Origin: the human T2T-CHM13v2.0 reference genome, Homo sapiens
Reading direction: 5' to 3' (one strand)
DNA: 64,000 nt
Assembly (NCBI RefSeq): GCF_009914755.1
Contig: NC_060936.1
Position numbers and translations under genes: made by a program. The notes beneath the pieces are model-generated. The model worked only from the letters and a program-made list of their open reading frames with translations. It did no database searches and had not been told where the DNA came from. This document shows positions 1-13,274 of this stretch, piece by piece (positions within the stretch are counted from its first letter, which is position 1; every line of letters starts with the position of its first letter).

Positions 1-273
1 TTTGTACCGTCAATAAAACAAATCCAGACTTAGACACGGTGAGACGTAAAAAAACTACATCAACCTGGAGAATGTTCCTCCCTTAGGATTTTCAAGCCAC
101 TCAAAAATCAATCAAAAAGGTTTTTCTTTTATAGGGACGGCTAAACAGAACTAGCAGAAACTTAGAGGTAAAATTGAGTGACAGGGCGGAGCTAAGCAGA
201 CATCATGATGGGGATGATATAACAGGAAATGTTGCTGTGATCAGCTAATTTGGAATGAACTGTTAAGGTAGGG

Positions 274-710
274 TGATATAGCTAGTGTTTTTGTTCCCTA
301 GTGTATTGTTCAGTTTCACATTGAATTGTAATCCTCAGTGTTGGAGGTGGGGCCTGGTGGGAGGTTACTGGATCATGGGAGTGGATTTCTCATGAATGGT
401 TTACCATCATCCCCTTGGTGCTATTCTCATGACAGTGAGTGAGTTCTCACAAAATCTAGTTGCTTAAAAGTGTTTGGTACCTCCCCCCTCTCTCGCTTGC
501 TCCTACATTTGCTATACAAAGTGCCTGCTCCCGCTTTGACACCCTCTACCATGATTGTAAGCTTTCTGAGGCTTCCCTAGAACGCGAGCAGATGCCAGGA
601 ACATGCTTCCTGTAAAGCCTGCAGAACCGTGAGCCAATTAAACCTCTTTTCTTTATAAATCACTCAGTCTCAGGTATTTCTTTATAGTAAGGCAAGAACA
701 GCCTAACACA
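274..710 (+). mobile_element. MaLR solo LTR, MSTA-like
   Basis: TG...CA ends (tgatatag...cctaacaca); MST motifs 'gtgagtgagttctcac', 'catgattgtaag', 'gtgagccaattaaacctcttttctttataaat'. Confidence 0.85.
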
Positions 711-1329
711 GTGGGATGTTTACATTTTAGTGTTTGCTCAGATTTGGGGCAAGCCAAAAGTCAGGAGCCTGTGGGGAGGAGAGATGTCTGATTAAATCTT
801 GATCAAGCCAAGTCAGTGGGCAAGAAATGGGCAATTGTGAGCATCTGGCCGGGATCTGCAACCTCATGAAAAGTATATACCATCAAAAGGCTAACTACTT
901 GTTTGTCACATAAATTCTTATAAAAAGCTTAGTGGAGCCAAGAAGCAAGCTAAGTATAATAAGAGAAACTCTTCTTACCATTTGTATCACTAATGAGCAC
1001 ATAATTGCAGCTAGTCATGTAAGTCTCCTACAAATCAGCGTAAGGTTAATTAAGAGAGTTGAGACACTTAGGTGAAAGTCACTTTTGCTTATAGTAAAGA
1101 ACTTATCTATCTTACAGACACATATCACTTACATTATGTATTTGTTATATTAATATATTTAATATATTTAAAAAACATTGTAAAATGATGATCTGGCAAT
1201 ATCCCTAGAAGAACCTCATTGAAATACTTGAGATTTATTGGTCATTTGTCTTTACAAAATTGAGATTTGAAAAGCTTTAAAGGAGGACATTCTACCAAAG
1301 CATAACTCATAAAACAGAAGATAAAAGTA

Positions 1330-1480
1330 TGAGCCATGGAATTATAGAGCTGGAAAAGATCTAGCCCTACTGTTTCATTTTCAAATGAGGAAATTGAGGG
1401 TTATTCTAAGGGGTTGTTTTTTTAAGTCATACAGTAAGTTGGTGCAGACGGAGGAGTAGCAATCAGATCTCTGAGCTCTT
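1330..1480. mobile_element. MIR SINE fragment
   Basis: MIR core-like 'cattttcaaatgaggaaattgagg'; boundaries approximate. Confidence 0.5.
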
Positions 1481-3289
1481 TTCCTCTTTGACAATGAAGT
1501 TCACGAATGCAATTTTGTTTCATAAGTTATTTACTTTACTAAAGTAAAGTAAGGTACAGCTATGATTTATTGTTAAATGAGAAGAATGAGTGTCAGAGAA
1601 CTGTATATGGCATGATTTCATGTTCTTAAAATACAAACAATATTTGTCAATCTATCTATCTATCTATATTGATTTATTTATCTTCTATCTGTATGTGATT
1701 GAATGAAATTGGAGAAATGAGTGGAAGCATATACACCACACTAACATTGAACATTTACAAGAAGGGTAAAAAAAGGAGTAAGAAAAAAGGAAGCAAAATA
1801 GAATTTGGTAAAATGGTATGTGAAAGTGAAGATTGCAAAACTTTTATCCATAAAATTATTAATACATAAAAATTGAATGTGCACATAGACGAAGACTAGA
1901 AAGTCACTAGGATATACATACAACAAGAACATAAACAAAAGAACATATTATTTTGACCAGGGGTTTATTAAAAATAAAAATAAAAACAAGTCCAATGACT
2001 CCCTTTTCTGAAACCACTGAAACACAACTATTTTGACTCAAAACTGATAAAAAGATGTAATCATATATTCACAAACAGTATTCACTTAGGAAATTTTACC
2101 TTATTTTCAGCATTGATACCTATAAAGTTTTGTGCTTCACCTATGAATGTATATATATGTACATATACGTCCATATAAATATTTTATTTGCTTACCATTA
2201 TATTTGTTTACTAAATTTGGATATACTTCTTTATTAAATAATTTAGACAATGAAAATAAAATTAATGTATACTCACTGTTAAAAGCTTAGAAAATTTAGA
2301 AAAAGAGAGAGCAGAAAATAAAAACCACTGATAATCTTACTCAGAGATATCCACTGTTAGACTTTTTGCATATGTCCTTTCAGATTTTTTTTGCATGTAT
2401 GTGTATTCAAAAATGGGCTAATATCTTACTTTATTATCTGCTGCTTTCATTTAGTAACAAATTATGGCTATATTTCTGTGGTAATATATATAGATACAAT
2501 GTCATTTTAAATTAGGTGTTTAACATTTTATCATCAGGAATTAGTGTAATTTCTTTTTTAAATTTTCTATTAATGGTCATTTGATTTGATTCTATTTTTT
2601 AAACAACCATAAACAATGCTGAAATGAATATCTTTATATGTGCATTTTTTGCTCCTGTTCAATTGCTTCCTTAGGATATATTCCTATATGTGATATTTAA
2701 TTATAAAATATTTAATTTCCTAACTCCCTGGAAGTTTACACTTCAGTATCAAAAACACTAGTGGATGACAATTCCTTTGCTATTAGAACAGAAGACCATA
2801 GAATCAACCAATAACAGATACAAAGTTTTTCTCATGGGTAAGTGCCCTACACTGGTCACTTAATTCTTCATTATATTTTGGGCAAATAAATTTGTATCTA
2901 AAAACCATCTTTATGATGATCTATGACTTATAAAAATCTACTATTTATCTTACAAATTACTTCCAATTACTTTTACTTCTTCTTCTGTTGCCGGTATGAG
3001 GTCACTAATGGTAGATTTTAGAAAATGCGCTAACAATTATATGTAAACCATACAATTAGTATTTTTTAAGTGTCTACAAAGAAGACATTTGCAAGTGGTT
3101 TCTAGCTTTATTGTGAATGTGCAAGGGGTATATTCTATCAAGTAAGCATCATTCCTATCCTCAAGACACTTATATATACTGGAAATATGAAATCATTATC
3201 CATAGTTTGGAAAAATTTTTCTTTTAAGAAAATAATAGATGGAAAAGAAAAGAGAAGTCCAAGGAAAAAAAAAGTCATCTGTTAAGATC

Positions 3290-3480
3290 TGCTATGTACC
3301 AGGAATATAGTTAACTACTTCCTTATTAATTACAGCCTCCCAATAATATTGAAGTAGATATTATTTATTATAGCTGTTTTCCATATGAAGAAGTGAAATT
3401 CAGACTGATGAAATGATTTGCACAAGGTGACACTGCCAATAATTGATATAGTGAGATTCAAACCTAGGTGACATACTTTT
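3290..3480. mobile_element. MIR SINE fragment
   Basis: 'atgaagaagtgaaattcagactgatgaaatgatttgcacaaggtgacac...gagattcaaacctagg' MIR core. Confidence 0.55.
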
Positions 3481-4639
3481 GACCCAACAAAATAAGTTTT
3501 CAACAACTTGAGTGTCTCAGTGATAGAATATATTATCTCTGGAAGCAGTGAGCTTATCATCATGGGAAGTATGTTAGCAGATGTTAGTTGATGTTGGTTG
3601 ATCATATATCAGAGACATGAAAAATATTCTACTACTAATGGGCGATTTCACTTGCTCATCTCCCTAGGCCCCTTCTGGAGGGTTAGATATTTTGTTGAAT
3701 TGAAAACTGTACCATTTTTAAACCATTGATACGTCATAAGCAAATATTAGACCACAGAATAATACTCAACTATTTTACACTTAAGGGAAACCAAATATCA
3801 CAATGAATATTATCTCTAATTTTAGAATACTAGAGAATCTCAGCGGTATTTGAAAGATCAAAATTTATATTATGCATGTTATTTTTGCTTTTAAACACTA
3901 GTTAGAATGTATGGTGCTAAATACATTTTAGCGTCTGTGGTGCTAAGAACACAATCGTTTGATTAAACAAGATCTCTTGATAAAGATTAGTTAGCACATG
4001 CTAGCCTAACAATTACTGAAATTCACATTTTTACATGGGTATCCTATTATTAAGTGATTCCTTAGATTTAATCTATCTGAAAAAAGTCAGTAAAATGTTA
4101 TATAAAATAATAATAAAAATAAATCCTCTCTTGATTTAGATAAAATAGCATGCTTGTGTGCTAATGTATTCTACTACCTACCTTCCCCAGTTGCTTCTAT
4201 TAAAAATAGTACTGTAAAAAGAAATAAAAATCAAAAATATAATATGCCTGTTGCAAAGCGTTTCAGAGAAGCTTTTATGTGAAATTTAACAGTTCATGGA
4301 ACAAAGAATATGACTGGAGGCAAGGAAAATTTCTCCTCTGAAAATAAGTGAAACCTAGGTCGTCATTAGAGTTTGTGCATTCACTTTTGGGACATAGGAT
4401 ATGTTCAGGGCTATGACTCATTTACATACATGACTATGTGGCCTGTGTTTTGGGAGGGCTGTGGGGTGTTAGCTGAAGCCTTCCATGCTGGTAGTTATGC
4501 TTTGCTAAGAGAAGGCTGGTTCTCTACTTACACCCCCTCAGATGGCTCTCTTTAGTGCATGTCTGTATGATTTGACCTAACAGAAAGAAGAAATGGACTA
4601 GCTTCTGTTATTCTATGTCAGCAGCATATTTTATTGAAA

Positions 4640-4830
4640 GGAGTATGGACTTCAGGAAAAGAAAAATCAGGGTTTGAAGCAGCTGAGAAGTCAACAAGCT
4701 ACTTATTCTTCTGAGCTCTTCTTCATCTATAAAATGGGCATAATAATACTTCACTGAGTGAGTTGTTTTGAGAATTGAATACAAAAAATGTTGACAGTAG
4801 TAAACTGCACATCATCTGATACACAGTTAA
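4640..4830. mobile_element. MIR SINE fragment
   Basis: 'cttcatctataaaatgggcataataatac...gagttgttttgagaatt' MIR core. Confidence 0.55.
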
Positions 4831-6148
4831 GAATGGAGTACATTTTAGCATCCTTTTTTTTAGTTCTGTAATAAGGAGATTGTAAATACATTTAAAAAAA
4901 AATGTTTCCCTAGAGTTTGGTGGGTGATATTGCCACTTAGGAGGATAGCTATCAGCTGCACTGGTGACAAAGTACCTCCTGATGCAGACCCAGAGCTACA
5001 TAAGCAAACATGAGGGGCTTGGAAGCAACCCAGACATCAAGCAGGAGCAGTTTCCAGGGCTGTGAAGATGTTTGCTCTCCTCTACTTAGAAAGAGGCTCT
5101 TTTAGGAGAAAGGGACATATTTAGGAGAAAGAGCTCTGCCTGTTCTTGCAGACCCAGGGAAAGAGGAGCTTGGATCAGGAAGCCAGAGAGCATTTACTCT
5201 GCCTTAGTGAGTTCCTAAGGTCCTAGAAACTCTCTATGGGTGGGTCTCTGCTGCGGTGAGGGACTCTGAACTGTGACCTGCCCCTCAGATCCCAGGAAGA
5301 AGAGAAGCAAAAGCTTAGAAAGCAAGGCTGTAGGATAAGTGTTAGCCACTGATTTCAGAGCTATGTATTTTCCAGCAAATTGTCTAAGAACTATGCTTTA
5401 TCTATCCAATATAGACAATGTACTCTATAATAAAATTCCTTAGGAATTAATTTTAATAGCTTTCATTTATAATTAAAATCTAGATGGCATTTATATATTG
5501 ACAAATGAATACAATTTAACCTTAAGTATAAGAAGAAAATGCCAGCCTTAAAAATACATTTTAACTACTTAACTATTTTTATACGAATGCACTTGAGATT
5601 AATCTAATATAGTCCATATATCTTGCAGTCAGTTCAATGTAACAAGATTATTAAAACTGGTTTAGAAATAGGAGGGTGTTTATGAGATTATCTGTCACCC
5701 TTGTATTGTGAAGCCTGAGCGCTTGATTACTCTGCATGTTTGCTCTTGTGTAATGACAAGCACGTCCCGTGGAGCCAATTACTGCCTCCACTTTACTTAA
5801 GTGATCCTCCATCCCATCAAGAAGATATTCAACCTGATTCTTAGAAAAGTGTGAGTATTTGAAGTAGTTCCAGTGAAGGTGGTAAATTTCCTAACTTGAA
5901 AGCACTTTCTTATGATTGCAATGACAATGGTTAAAGAAATAAAACTTCAGAAAAGATTCCACATGAAAGCAACTTAGAATATGAGTAATTATACCTTAAC
6001 TACAATCCTCAGTGATCAAAAGATAAGCAAGGTTTCCCAAGCATCTTTCTGTGGAGCATGCACTCTAATGAGAAAGAGAAGCCATGCATACTCTGATAAA
6101 AAGGCAAGAAAATTATATTTATGAATTACCAGCTATGTTTCAGGCTAT

Positions 6149-6501
6149 AAAGTTGAGAATTCCCAACCTGAAAATCTGAAATCCGAAATGCTCCCAAATC
6201 TAATTTTTTGAACACCTACATGACACCACAAGTAGAAAATTTTGACTGTATTTTGACAAGCCACAGTCAAAATACAGTCAAAATTTTGTTTTGTGCACAA
6301 AATTATTAAAAATATTGTATAAAATTACATTCATGCTTTGTATAGAAGGTGTATATAAATAACAAATGAATTTCATGTTTAGATTTGGGTCCCAACTACA
6401 AGATGTTTCATTATATATATGCAAACATTCCAAATCCAAAAATAATTGAAATCTGAAACACTTCCGGTCACAAGCATTTCAGATAAGGGATACCTAAACT
6501 G
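6149..6501. mobile_element. Tigger4b (Zombi)-like Tc1/mariner non-autonomous DNA transposon
   Basis: Ends agttgagaattccc.../...gggatacctaaactg flanked by TA; internal 'gaaatccgaaatgctcc', 'atttcatgtttagatttgggtccc', 'caagcatttcagataaggga'. Confidence 0.85.
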
Positions 6502-9188
6502 TAGTAGTACAGTGTATAATTTAATCTTGCTACAGTCTTATAGGGTGGTTATTAAAAATCTGAGTTTCTAGGTGAGGAAGTTGACATCAGGGAGGTCAGA
6601 AATTGCAAAACTGGGACTTGAGACCAGGTCCATCTAACTTCAAAACCTGTTATCTGAAAGGATTCTAAAAATGCAAACCTGAGAGTGCATGATGATGTAG
6701 AATATATTATCACATCACATATCCAGCTTTGCTGAAGAACAGGGTGTTCTGCACAATATGAGGCATTGAATATAATTGAATCCTACACCAATACTGATTT
6801 GTTTGGCATTTGAGTCTGATTTCAAGTGGGAAAACAGAAGTGTTGTTTGTAAAACTTATGAATTAATAAGTTCTGAGAATCAAAAGGACTGACCTCAAAC
6901 AAATTCAGGAAATTATATTTACTCTTATTTCTGTCTTAGTCCTGGACAGTTGACGTTGCTAGATAAGTTTCAAACTACTACACAATTGCTGAGAAAATTG
7001 GGGTGGTAGGAAAAAGAGGAAACTGATTTCTATTAGTAAAACTAGTTGATGACCCATAGAGACTGCTCAAACTTTGAGTGGGTTCATATTTATAGGAATA
7101 AAGATGAGAGACCTCCAAATCTTTTCCTGATCCAATAAATATTTTGTTTATAAAATATCTGACATTAGAAATGTGTAGGGGTGGGGACAACAAAAAAAAT
7201 GCTGAGACAAAATAGGCAAGAGAATCCAAATGTAATGTTGACCTTTGATCCTTCATCTCCATTGCTTAAGATTTTATTCTCCCAATTGTCTTAAGAGGTC
7301 TTAAGCAACAAACATAAGTGTTCAAAAAACTACAGAGCTCTGTTAGAGCTAGGCATAGCACTTGACTTAGTATCCTCCCAAAGCAAAATTTTGCAGATAG
7401 ACAACACATACTACATAAAACGGTGTTTCCTCTTGCTCATTTTAAATTTACCTCCCATTAATTTCATTGCCTGTCCCTTCCCAATTGTCAAGCAAAAGCA
7501 GTATGATCAGATTTCATCAAAATAACTTAGACCACTTAAATCAATGTGTATTAGACTTTTCTTCTTTCTGTGCCAGGGTACTCTGGAATTTTATGCTCTC
7601 TTTTAGTAACTGCTCTTCTCTGGTACCAATTGACTGGTGCATTTATCATGACCTGTATTCCAACTGACACACCACAACAATTCCTGGGAATACAGTGAAT
7701 TTAACATTAAGATTGTAAGATCAGCTGACATTCTAAGATTCTTACAGACAGGGCTTACGTGTATTTATTTTGGTATGACCACAGCAGCAAACACAATGTC
7801 TGCATCACAATAGGACAAGGTGAGAGCTAAAATTTAATATGTATCTGCATATGTTAGACTTTTATGTATATGCCATCGTGCATCTCTACACTCATCCTCT
7901 ATTAGTATTCTCATTTCTGTCAATGGGGAAACTGAGTAAGTCACCTAAGATCAAGCAGCTGGTAAATAACAGAGCCAAGATTTGAATTCATGTCTGTCTG
8001 ACTTTTTTTTTTTTTACCATGTGATTTACCAACCACACTCAGTACCCAAAATATTACTTGTGGAATGCCATTTTCACAGGGTTGTTTATCACACCTCTAA
8101 TTAAACCTACCCTTGAGAGGGAAAAAACTGCAACTCAGCAAAACTGTAATTCACAACTAGCCTAATGGCCAAGTGGAATGGTACATGCCATGGTCAATCA
8201 CTTAGCACGTAAGTAGTGTGTGATGAAGAGGTAAAAATTGAGGCACACACAGAGCCAGCCTCTGTTAATAACAATGATTCTTTGGGGACTGAGTCTCCAC
8301 TTTCATTTTAACTACCACTGTAGAAAAATGATAAATAAAGTCAGTAGGTAGGATGGCAATATGATAGGTAGAAAGAGAAGAAAAAATAATTTGTGTATTT
8401 GTTTACCACTAAAATGCCCTTAAGAGGCAGCTTTGTCCAAGTGGCACTTTTAACATTTATTTTTACTTTTAATAATCATGTGTATTATATTTTTATGGCT
8501 CAATGGCACTATATGTTTGAAGAATTTTAGAACATTAATATCCAATGTTACCTAAGTCTAGCTGTGGACTTCATGCATGAAACACCATTCCAGCACAGAA
8601 GCACTCCTAGCTTGAATATCCTCAGTATTGAGGAACTTACTATCACACGGGGCAGCCACTCTATCTTTGAATAAAGATAGAATGAGTAAAGTTGATAAGA
8701 AAAGAAATTCTTACCTTCACATCAATCAAAGATCTGTATTCTTACAATATCCCTGAAATTATTCTGTAAGCAGGCCTGAAAGAATTACGTGGCAACATAT
8801 GTTGCTAGGCTGGTTCGTTGGGTTTTGGCAAAGTCCTCAGTGTTTGTCAGCATTTCTATGTGAGAGAACTGGCTACATAGTCTATCTTGGAGCTAATATC
8901 ATACTTGGGTCACTAAACATATGTATGAAATTTTGAGAATTGTTTCTTAATTTTTCAGTTTTAAAATCTAATGCAAACCTGTATTTCAGAAAAAAAGTAT
9001 TGCTTGACCTTTTTAAAAATTATCACTTAATTAACATGGGGCCCAGCCGAGTTAGAATAACTTCTCACTTGTTCCAACATAAGAGAAACAAGCAAGGTAC
9101 TCCTACCAGGGTGTCACTTAGACCTGCATATTCTTTTTAGTGATTGCAATGTTACTTCTTAGCCACCCAGGCCAATCCACCATAAAAC

Positions 9189-9378
9189 AATCATTCTCCA
9201 ACTTTCCTGGTCTTAAGAGTCACTTGGATTGCTTGTTTAAAAGGCATATTTGTTGAGCTCTGCCTCCAGAAATACTGATTTAGTAGCATGGAGCCGAGGA
9301 ATCTTCATTTTTCACCAGCGCTGGAAGTGATTCTGATGCAAGTGATTTGTAGACCACATTTTGAGAAAAATTCCCTAA
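9189..9378. mobile_element. MER5-family hAT-Charlie MITE
   Basis: 'ctccagaaatactgatttagtag', 'gtgattctgatgca', 'agaccacattttgagaaa'. Confidence 0.6.
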
Positions 9379-9442
9379 TGTTAGCAGTTGTAATGATGCA
9401 GGTAGTTCATTCAGTTTTGCTTCAGTACAAAACTGCAAGGAT

Positions 9443-10352
9443 AATACTATTGGGTTTTCTAGATATAGGATCATGCCATCTGCAAACAGGGATAGTTTGA
9501 CTTCCTCTCTTCCTATTTGGATGCTGTTTTTCACACTGCTGTAAAGATACTACCTGAGACTGGGTTATTTATAAAGAAAAGAGGTTTAACTGACTCGCAG
9601 TTTCGCATGGCTGAGGAGGCCTCAGGAAACTTACAATCATGGTGGAAGGCAAAGGGGAAGCAAGGCACATCTTACATGGCAGCAGGAGAGAGACACAGTA
9701 AAGGGGGAATTGCCACACTCTAAGACCATCAGGTCTCGTGAGAACTCACCCACTATCATGAAAACAGCATGCTGGGAACCAACCCCATGATCCAATCACC
9801 TCCCACTAGGTCCCTCCCTTGACATATCAGGATTACAATTCAAGATGAGATTTGGGTGGGAACACAGCCAAACCATAGCAGATGCCCTTTCTTTCTTTCT
9901 CTTGCCTGATTGCACTGGCCAGAACTTCTGATACTATGTTGAATAGGAATAAGGAGGGCATGCTTGTCTTGTGCTGATTTTCAAGGAGAATGCTTCCAGC
10001 TTTGACCATTAAAAAGAATGAGATTATATCCTTTGCAGGGACATGGATGGAGCTGGAGACCATTATCCTTAGCAAACTAACACAGGAACAGAAAACCAAA
10101 TTCTGCATGTTCTCACTTATAAGTGGGAGCTAAATGACGAGAACACATGGACACACAGAGGGGAACAACACACGCTGATATCTTTTGGAGGATGGAGGGT
10201 GGGAGGAGGGAGAGAGTCAGGAAAAATAATGGGTACTAGGCTTAATACCTGGGTGATGAAATAATCTGGACAACAAACCTCCATGATACAAGTTTACCTA
10301 TGCAGCAAACATACTTGTATCCCTGAACATAAAATAAAAGTTAAAAAAGAAG
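9443..10352 (+). mobile_element. 5'-truncated, 5'-inverted L1 (older L1PA, about PA10-13), interrupted by a THE1D LTR
   Basis: 9443-10009 is antisense ORF2 RT sequence ([15 protein letters not shown] on minus); 10006-10352 is a sense L1 3' end with A tail; TSD aaaa(c/t)tgcaaggat at 9429-9442 and 10353-10366. Confidence 0.85.
9525..9880 (-). mobile_element. THE1D-like MaLR solo LTR inserted in L1
   Basis: Reverse complement begins tgctatggtttggctgtgttcccacccaaatctc; 5-bp TSD GATGC at 9520-9524 and 9881-9885; L1 sequence is contiguous across it. Confidence 0.9.
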
Positions 10353-10545
10353 AAAATTGCAAGGATGGTAAGATTTGGGGCTCTTTCATAACTTTTCAAA
10401 TATGTCAACTGAGAATATCAAAATGAATCACCAGCCTTTTTTGTTTGGGGTGTGTTCCTGTGTGTTTGTCACAAAATTCACATACTTTTCAACTGTGCCT
10501 GCCTTACACTAAAATAGTCATTATACCCAGCTGTATAGGCCCAGC

Positions 10546-10594
10546 TATATACATATATATGTATATATATGTGTGTGTATGTGTTTGTGTGTGT
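10546..10594. repeat. Compound imperfect (TA)n(TG)n microsatellite
   Basis: Direct reading. Confidence 0.8.
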
Positions 10595-11035
10595 CTGGGG
10601 GCTCCACACACATTTGGTGTCAATACTGAAGTAATGCAAATATCTCTGTATTGGCTACAAAACTCAAACAAGAAAAATGAATAGATTTGGATCTGATATG
10701 GCCTTCCACTTTGGCTCTGAACTTTAGTTGTAAGGAAGAAAATAATACTTAGTAAGAGTAATATATAAAATAGTGATTGTAAAACCAACTATTTGTGAAA
10801 TAGTCTGCCAAGTATTATGGGATACATAAAGATGATTAACACACAGTTCTTGCAAAATTGGAGCCCACAACTTAGCAGAAGTTGTTAATCACTTTGGTCA
10901 GGTGAATGTTTCACTGAATAAGAAATATTAGTGTATTAAGTCATCAGATTCTTTAATGCTTTGAAGTGCTTCATACTGAGCTCTACATAAAATAGAAACT
11001 TCGTGTGTGTGCATGTGTGTCTATATATATACATA

Positions 11036-11142
11036 TTTGAAGACAGGGTCTCACTATCTTGCCAAGGCTGGTCTCAAACACCTAGGCTCTAGCAATCCTT
11101 TGGCCTCAGCCTCCCGAGTACCTGGGACTACAGGCACATGCC
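11036..11142 (-). mobile_element. Free left Alu monomer (FLAM_A-like)
   Basis: Reverse complement: gcctgtagtcccaggtactcgggaggctgagg...gagaccagccttggcaagatagtgagaccctgtct; single monomer only. Confidence 0.75.
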
Positions 11143-12192
11143 TAGCACATAGAAAAACTTCACTGGTGTCCAAGGTGGCTGAATAGGAAGAGCTCTGGTC
11201 TGCAGTTCCCAGTGAGATCGATGCAGAAGATGGGTGATTTCTGCATTTCCAACTGAGGTACCTGGTTCATCTCATTGAGACTGGTTGGACAGTGGGTGCA
11301 GCCCACAGAGGGCGAGCTGAAGCAGGGCGGGGTGTTGCCTCACCCAGGAAGTGCAAGGGGTTGGGGGATTTCCCCTTCCTAGCCAAGGGAAACTGTGACA
11401 GACTGTACCTGGAGAAATGGTACACTCCTGATCAAATACTGCACTTTTCCCACAGTCTTAGCAACTGGCAGACCAGGAGATACCTTCCCTTGCCTGGCTT
11501 GGTGGGTCCCACACCCACGGATCCTTGCTCACTGCTAGTGCAGCAGTCTGAGATCAACATGCAATGCTGCAGCTTGACGGGGGGAGGGGCATCCGTCACT
11601 GTTGAGGCTTGAGTAGCTCACAGTGTGAACAAAGCAGCCGGGAAGCTCCAAATGGGTGGAGCCCACTGCAGCTTAGCAAGGCCTACTGCCTCTCTAGATT
11701 CCACCTCTGGGGGAAGGGCATAGCAGAACAAAAGGCAGCAGACAGTTTCTGCAGATTTAAATGTCCCTGTCTGACAGCTCGGAAGAAAGCAGTGGTTCTC
11801 TCAGCACAGCGTTTGAGCTCCAAGAACAGACAGACTGCCTCCTCAAGCAGGTCCCTGACCCCTGTGTAGCCTGACTGGGAGACATCTCCCAGTAGGGGCC
11901 AACAGACACCTCAAAGAGGTGGGTGCTCCTCTGGGACAAAGCTTCCAGAGGAAGGATCAGGCAGCAATATTTGCTGTTCTGCAGCCTCTACTAGTGATAC
12001 CCAGGCAAACAGGGTCTGGAGTGGGCCTCCAGCAAACTCCAGCAGACCTGCAGCTGAGGGGCTTGACTGTTAGAAGGAAAACTAATAAACAGAAAGGAAT
12101 AGCATCTACAGCAACGAAAAGGACATCCACACCAAAACCCCATCTGTATAGGTCACCAACATCAAAGACCAAAGGTAGATAAAACCAAAAAA

Positions 12193-13215
12193 ATGGGAGA
12201 AACCACTGCAGAAAAGCTGAAAATTCCAAAAACCAGAATGCCTCTTCTCCTCCAAAGGATTGCAGCTCCTCGCCAGCAAGTGAACAAAACTAGACAGAGA
12301 ATGAGTTTGATGAGTTGACAGAAGTAGCCTTCAGAAGGTTGGAATAACAAACTCCTCTGAGCTAAAGGATCATATTCTAACCCATCTCAAGGAAGCTAAA
12401 AACCCTGAAAAAAGGTTAGACAAATGGCTAACTAGAATAAACGGTGTAAAGAAGACTTTAAATGACCTGATGGAACTGAAAACCAAAGCACAAGAACCTC
12501 ATGATGCATGCACAAGCATCAATAGCTGATTTGATCAAGTGGAAGAAAGGATAACAGTGATGGAAGATCAAATAAATGAAATAAAGCAAGAAGACAAGAT
12601 TAGAGAAAAAAGAGTGAAAAGAAATGAACAAAGCCTCCAAGAAATATGGAACTATGTGAAAAGACCAAATATACATTTGATTGGTGTACCAGAAAGTGAC
12701 AGGGAGAATGAACCAAGTTAGAAAACACTCTTCAGGATATTATCTAGGAGAACTTCCCGAATCTAGCAAGGCAGGCCAACATTCAAATTCAGGAAATACA
12801 GAGAACACCACAAAGATACTCCTCAAGAAGAGCAACCCCAAGACACATAATCATCAGATTCAACAAGGTTGAAATGAAGGAAAAAATGTTAAGGGCAGCC
12901 AGAGAGAAAGGTTGGGTTACCCACAAAGGGAAGCCCATTAGACTAACAGTGGATCTCTTGGCAGAAACATTACAAGCAAGAAGAGAGTGGGGGCCGATAT
13001 TCAACATTCTTAAAGAAAAGAATTTTCAACCCAGAATCTCATATCCAGCCAAATTATGCTTCATAAATGAAGGAGAAATAAAATCCTTTACAGACAAGCA
13101 AATGCTGAGAGATTTTGTCACCACCAGGCCTACCTTACAAGAGCTCCTGAAGAAAGCACTAAACATGGAAAGGAACAACCGGTACCAGCCACTGCAAAAA
13201 CATGCCAAATTGTAA
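12193..13215 (+). pseudogene. L1 ORF1p, disrupted
   Basis: Fragments ...SLQEIWNYVKRPN... and MKEKMLRAAREKG...YPAKL...QKHAKL* in different frames; premature stops and frameshifts. Confidence 0.9.
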
Positions 13216-13274
13216 AGACCATCAACGCTATGAGGAAACTGTGGAATTAACAGGCAAAATAACCAGCTAACATA

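Noticed and set aside
1-880. Possible older LTR surrounding the MSTA, and a similar unclassified stretch at about 4900-5330
   Set aside because: Could not assign a family or boundaries by eye.
11340-11605. L1 ORF0
   Set aside because: The expected antisense ATG is mutated (GTG) and both nearby frames hit stops within about 20 codons.
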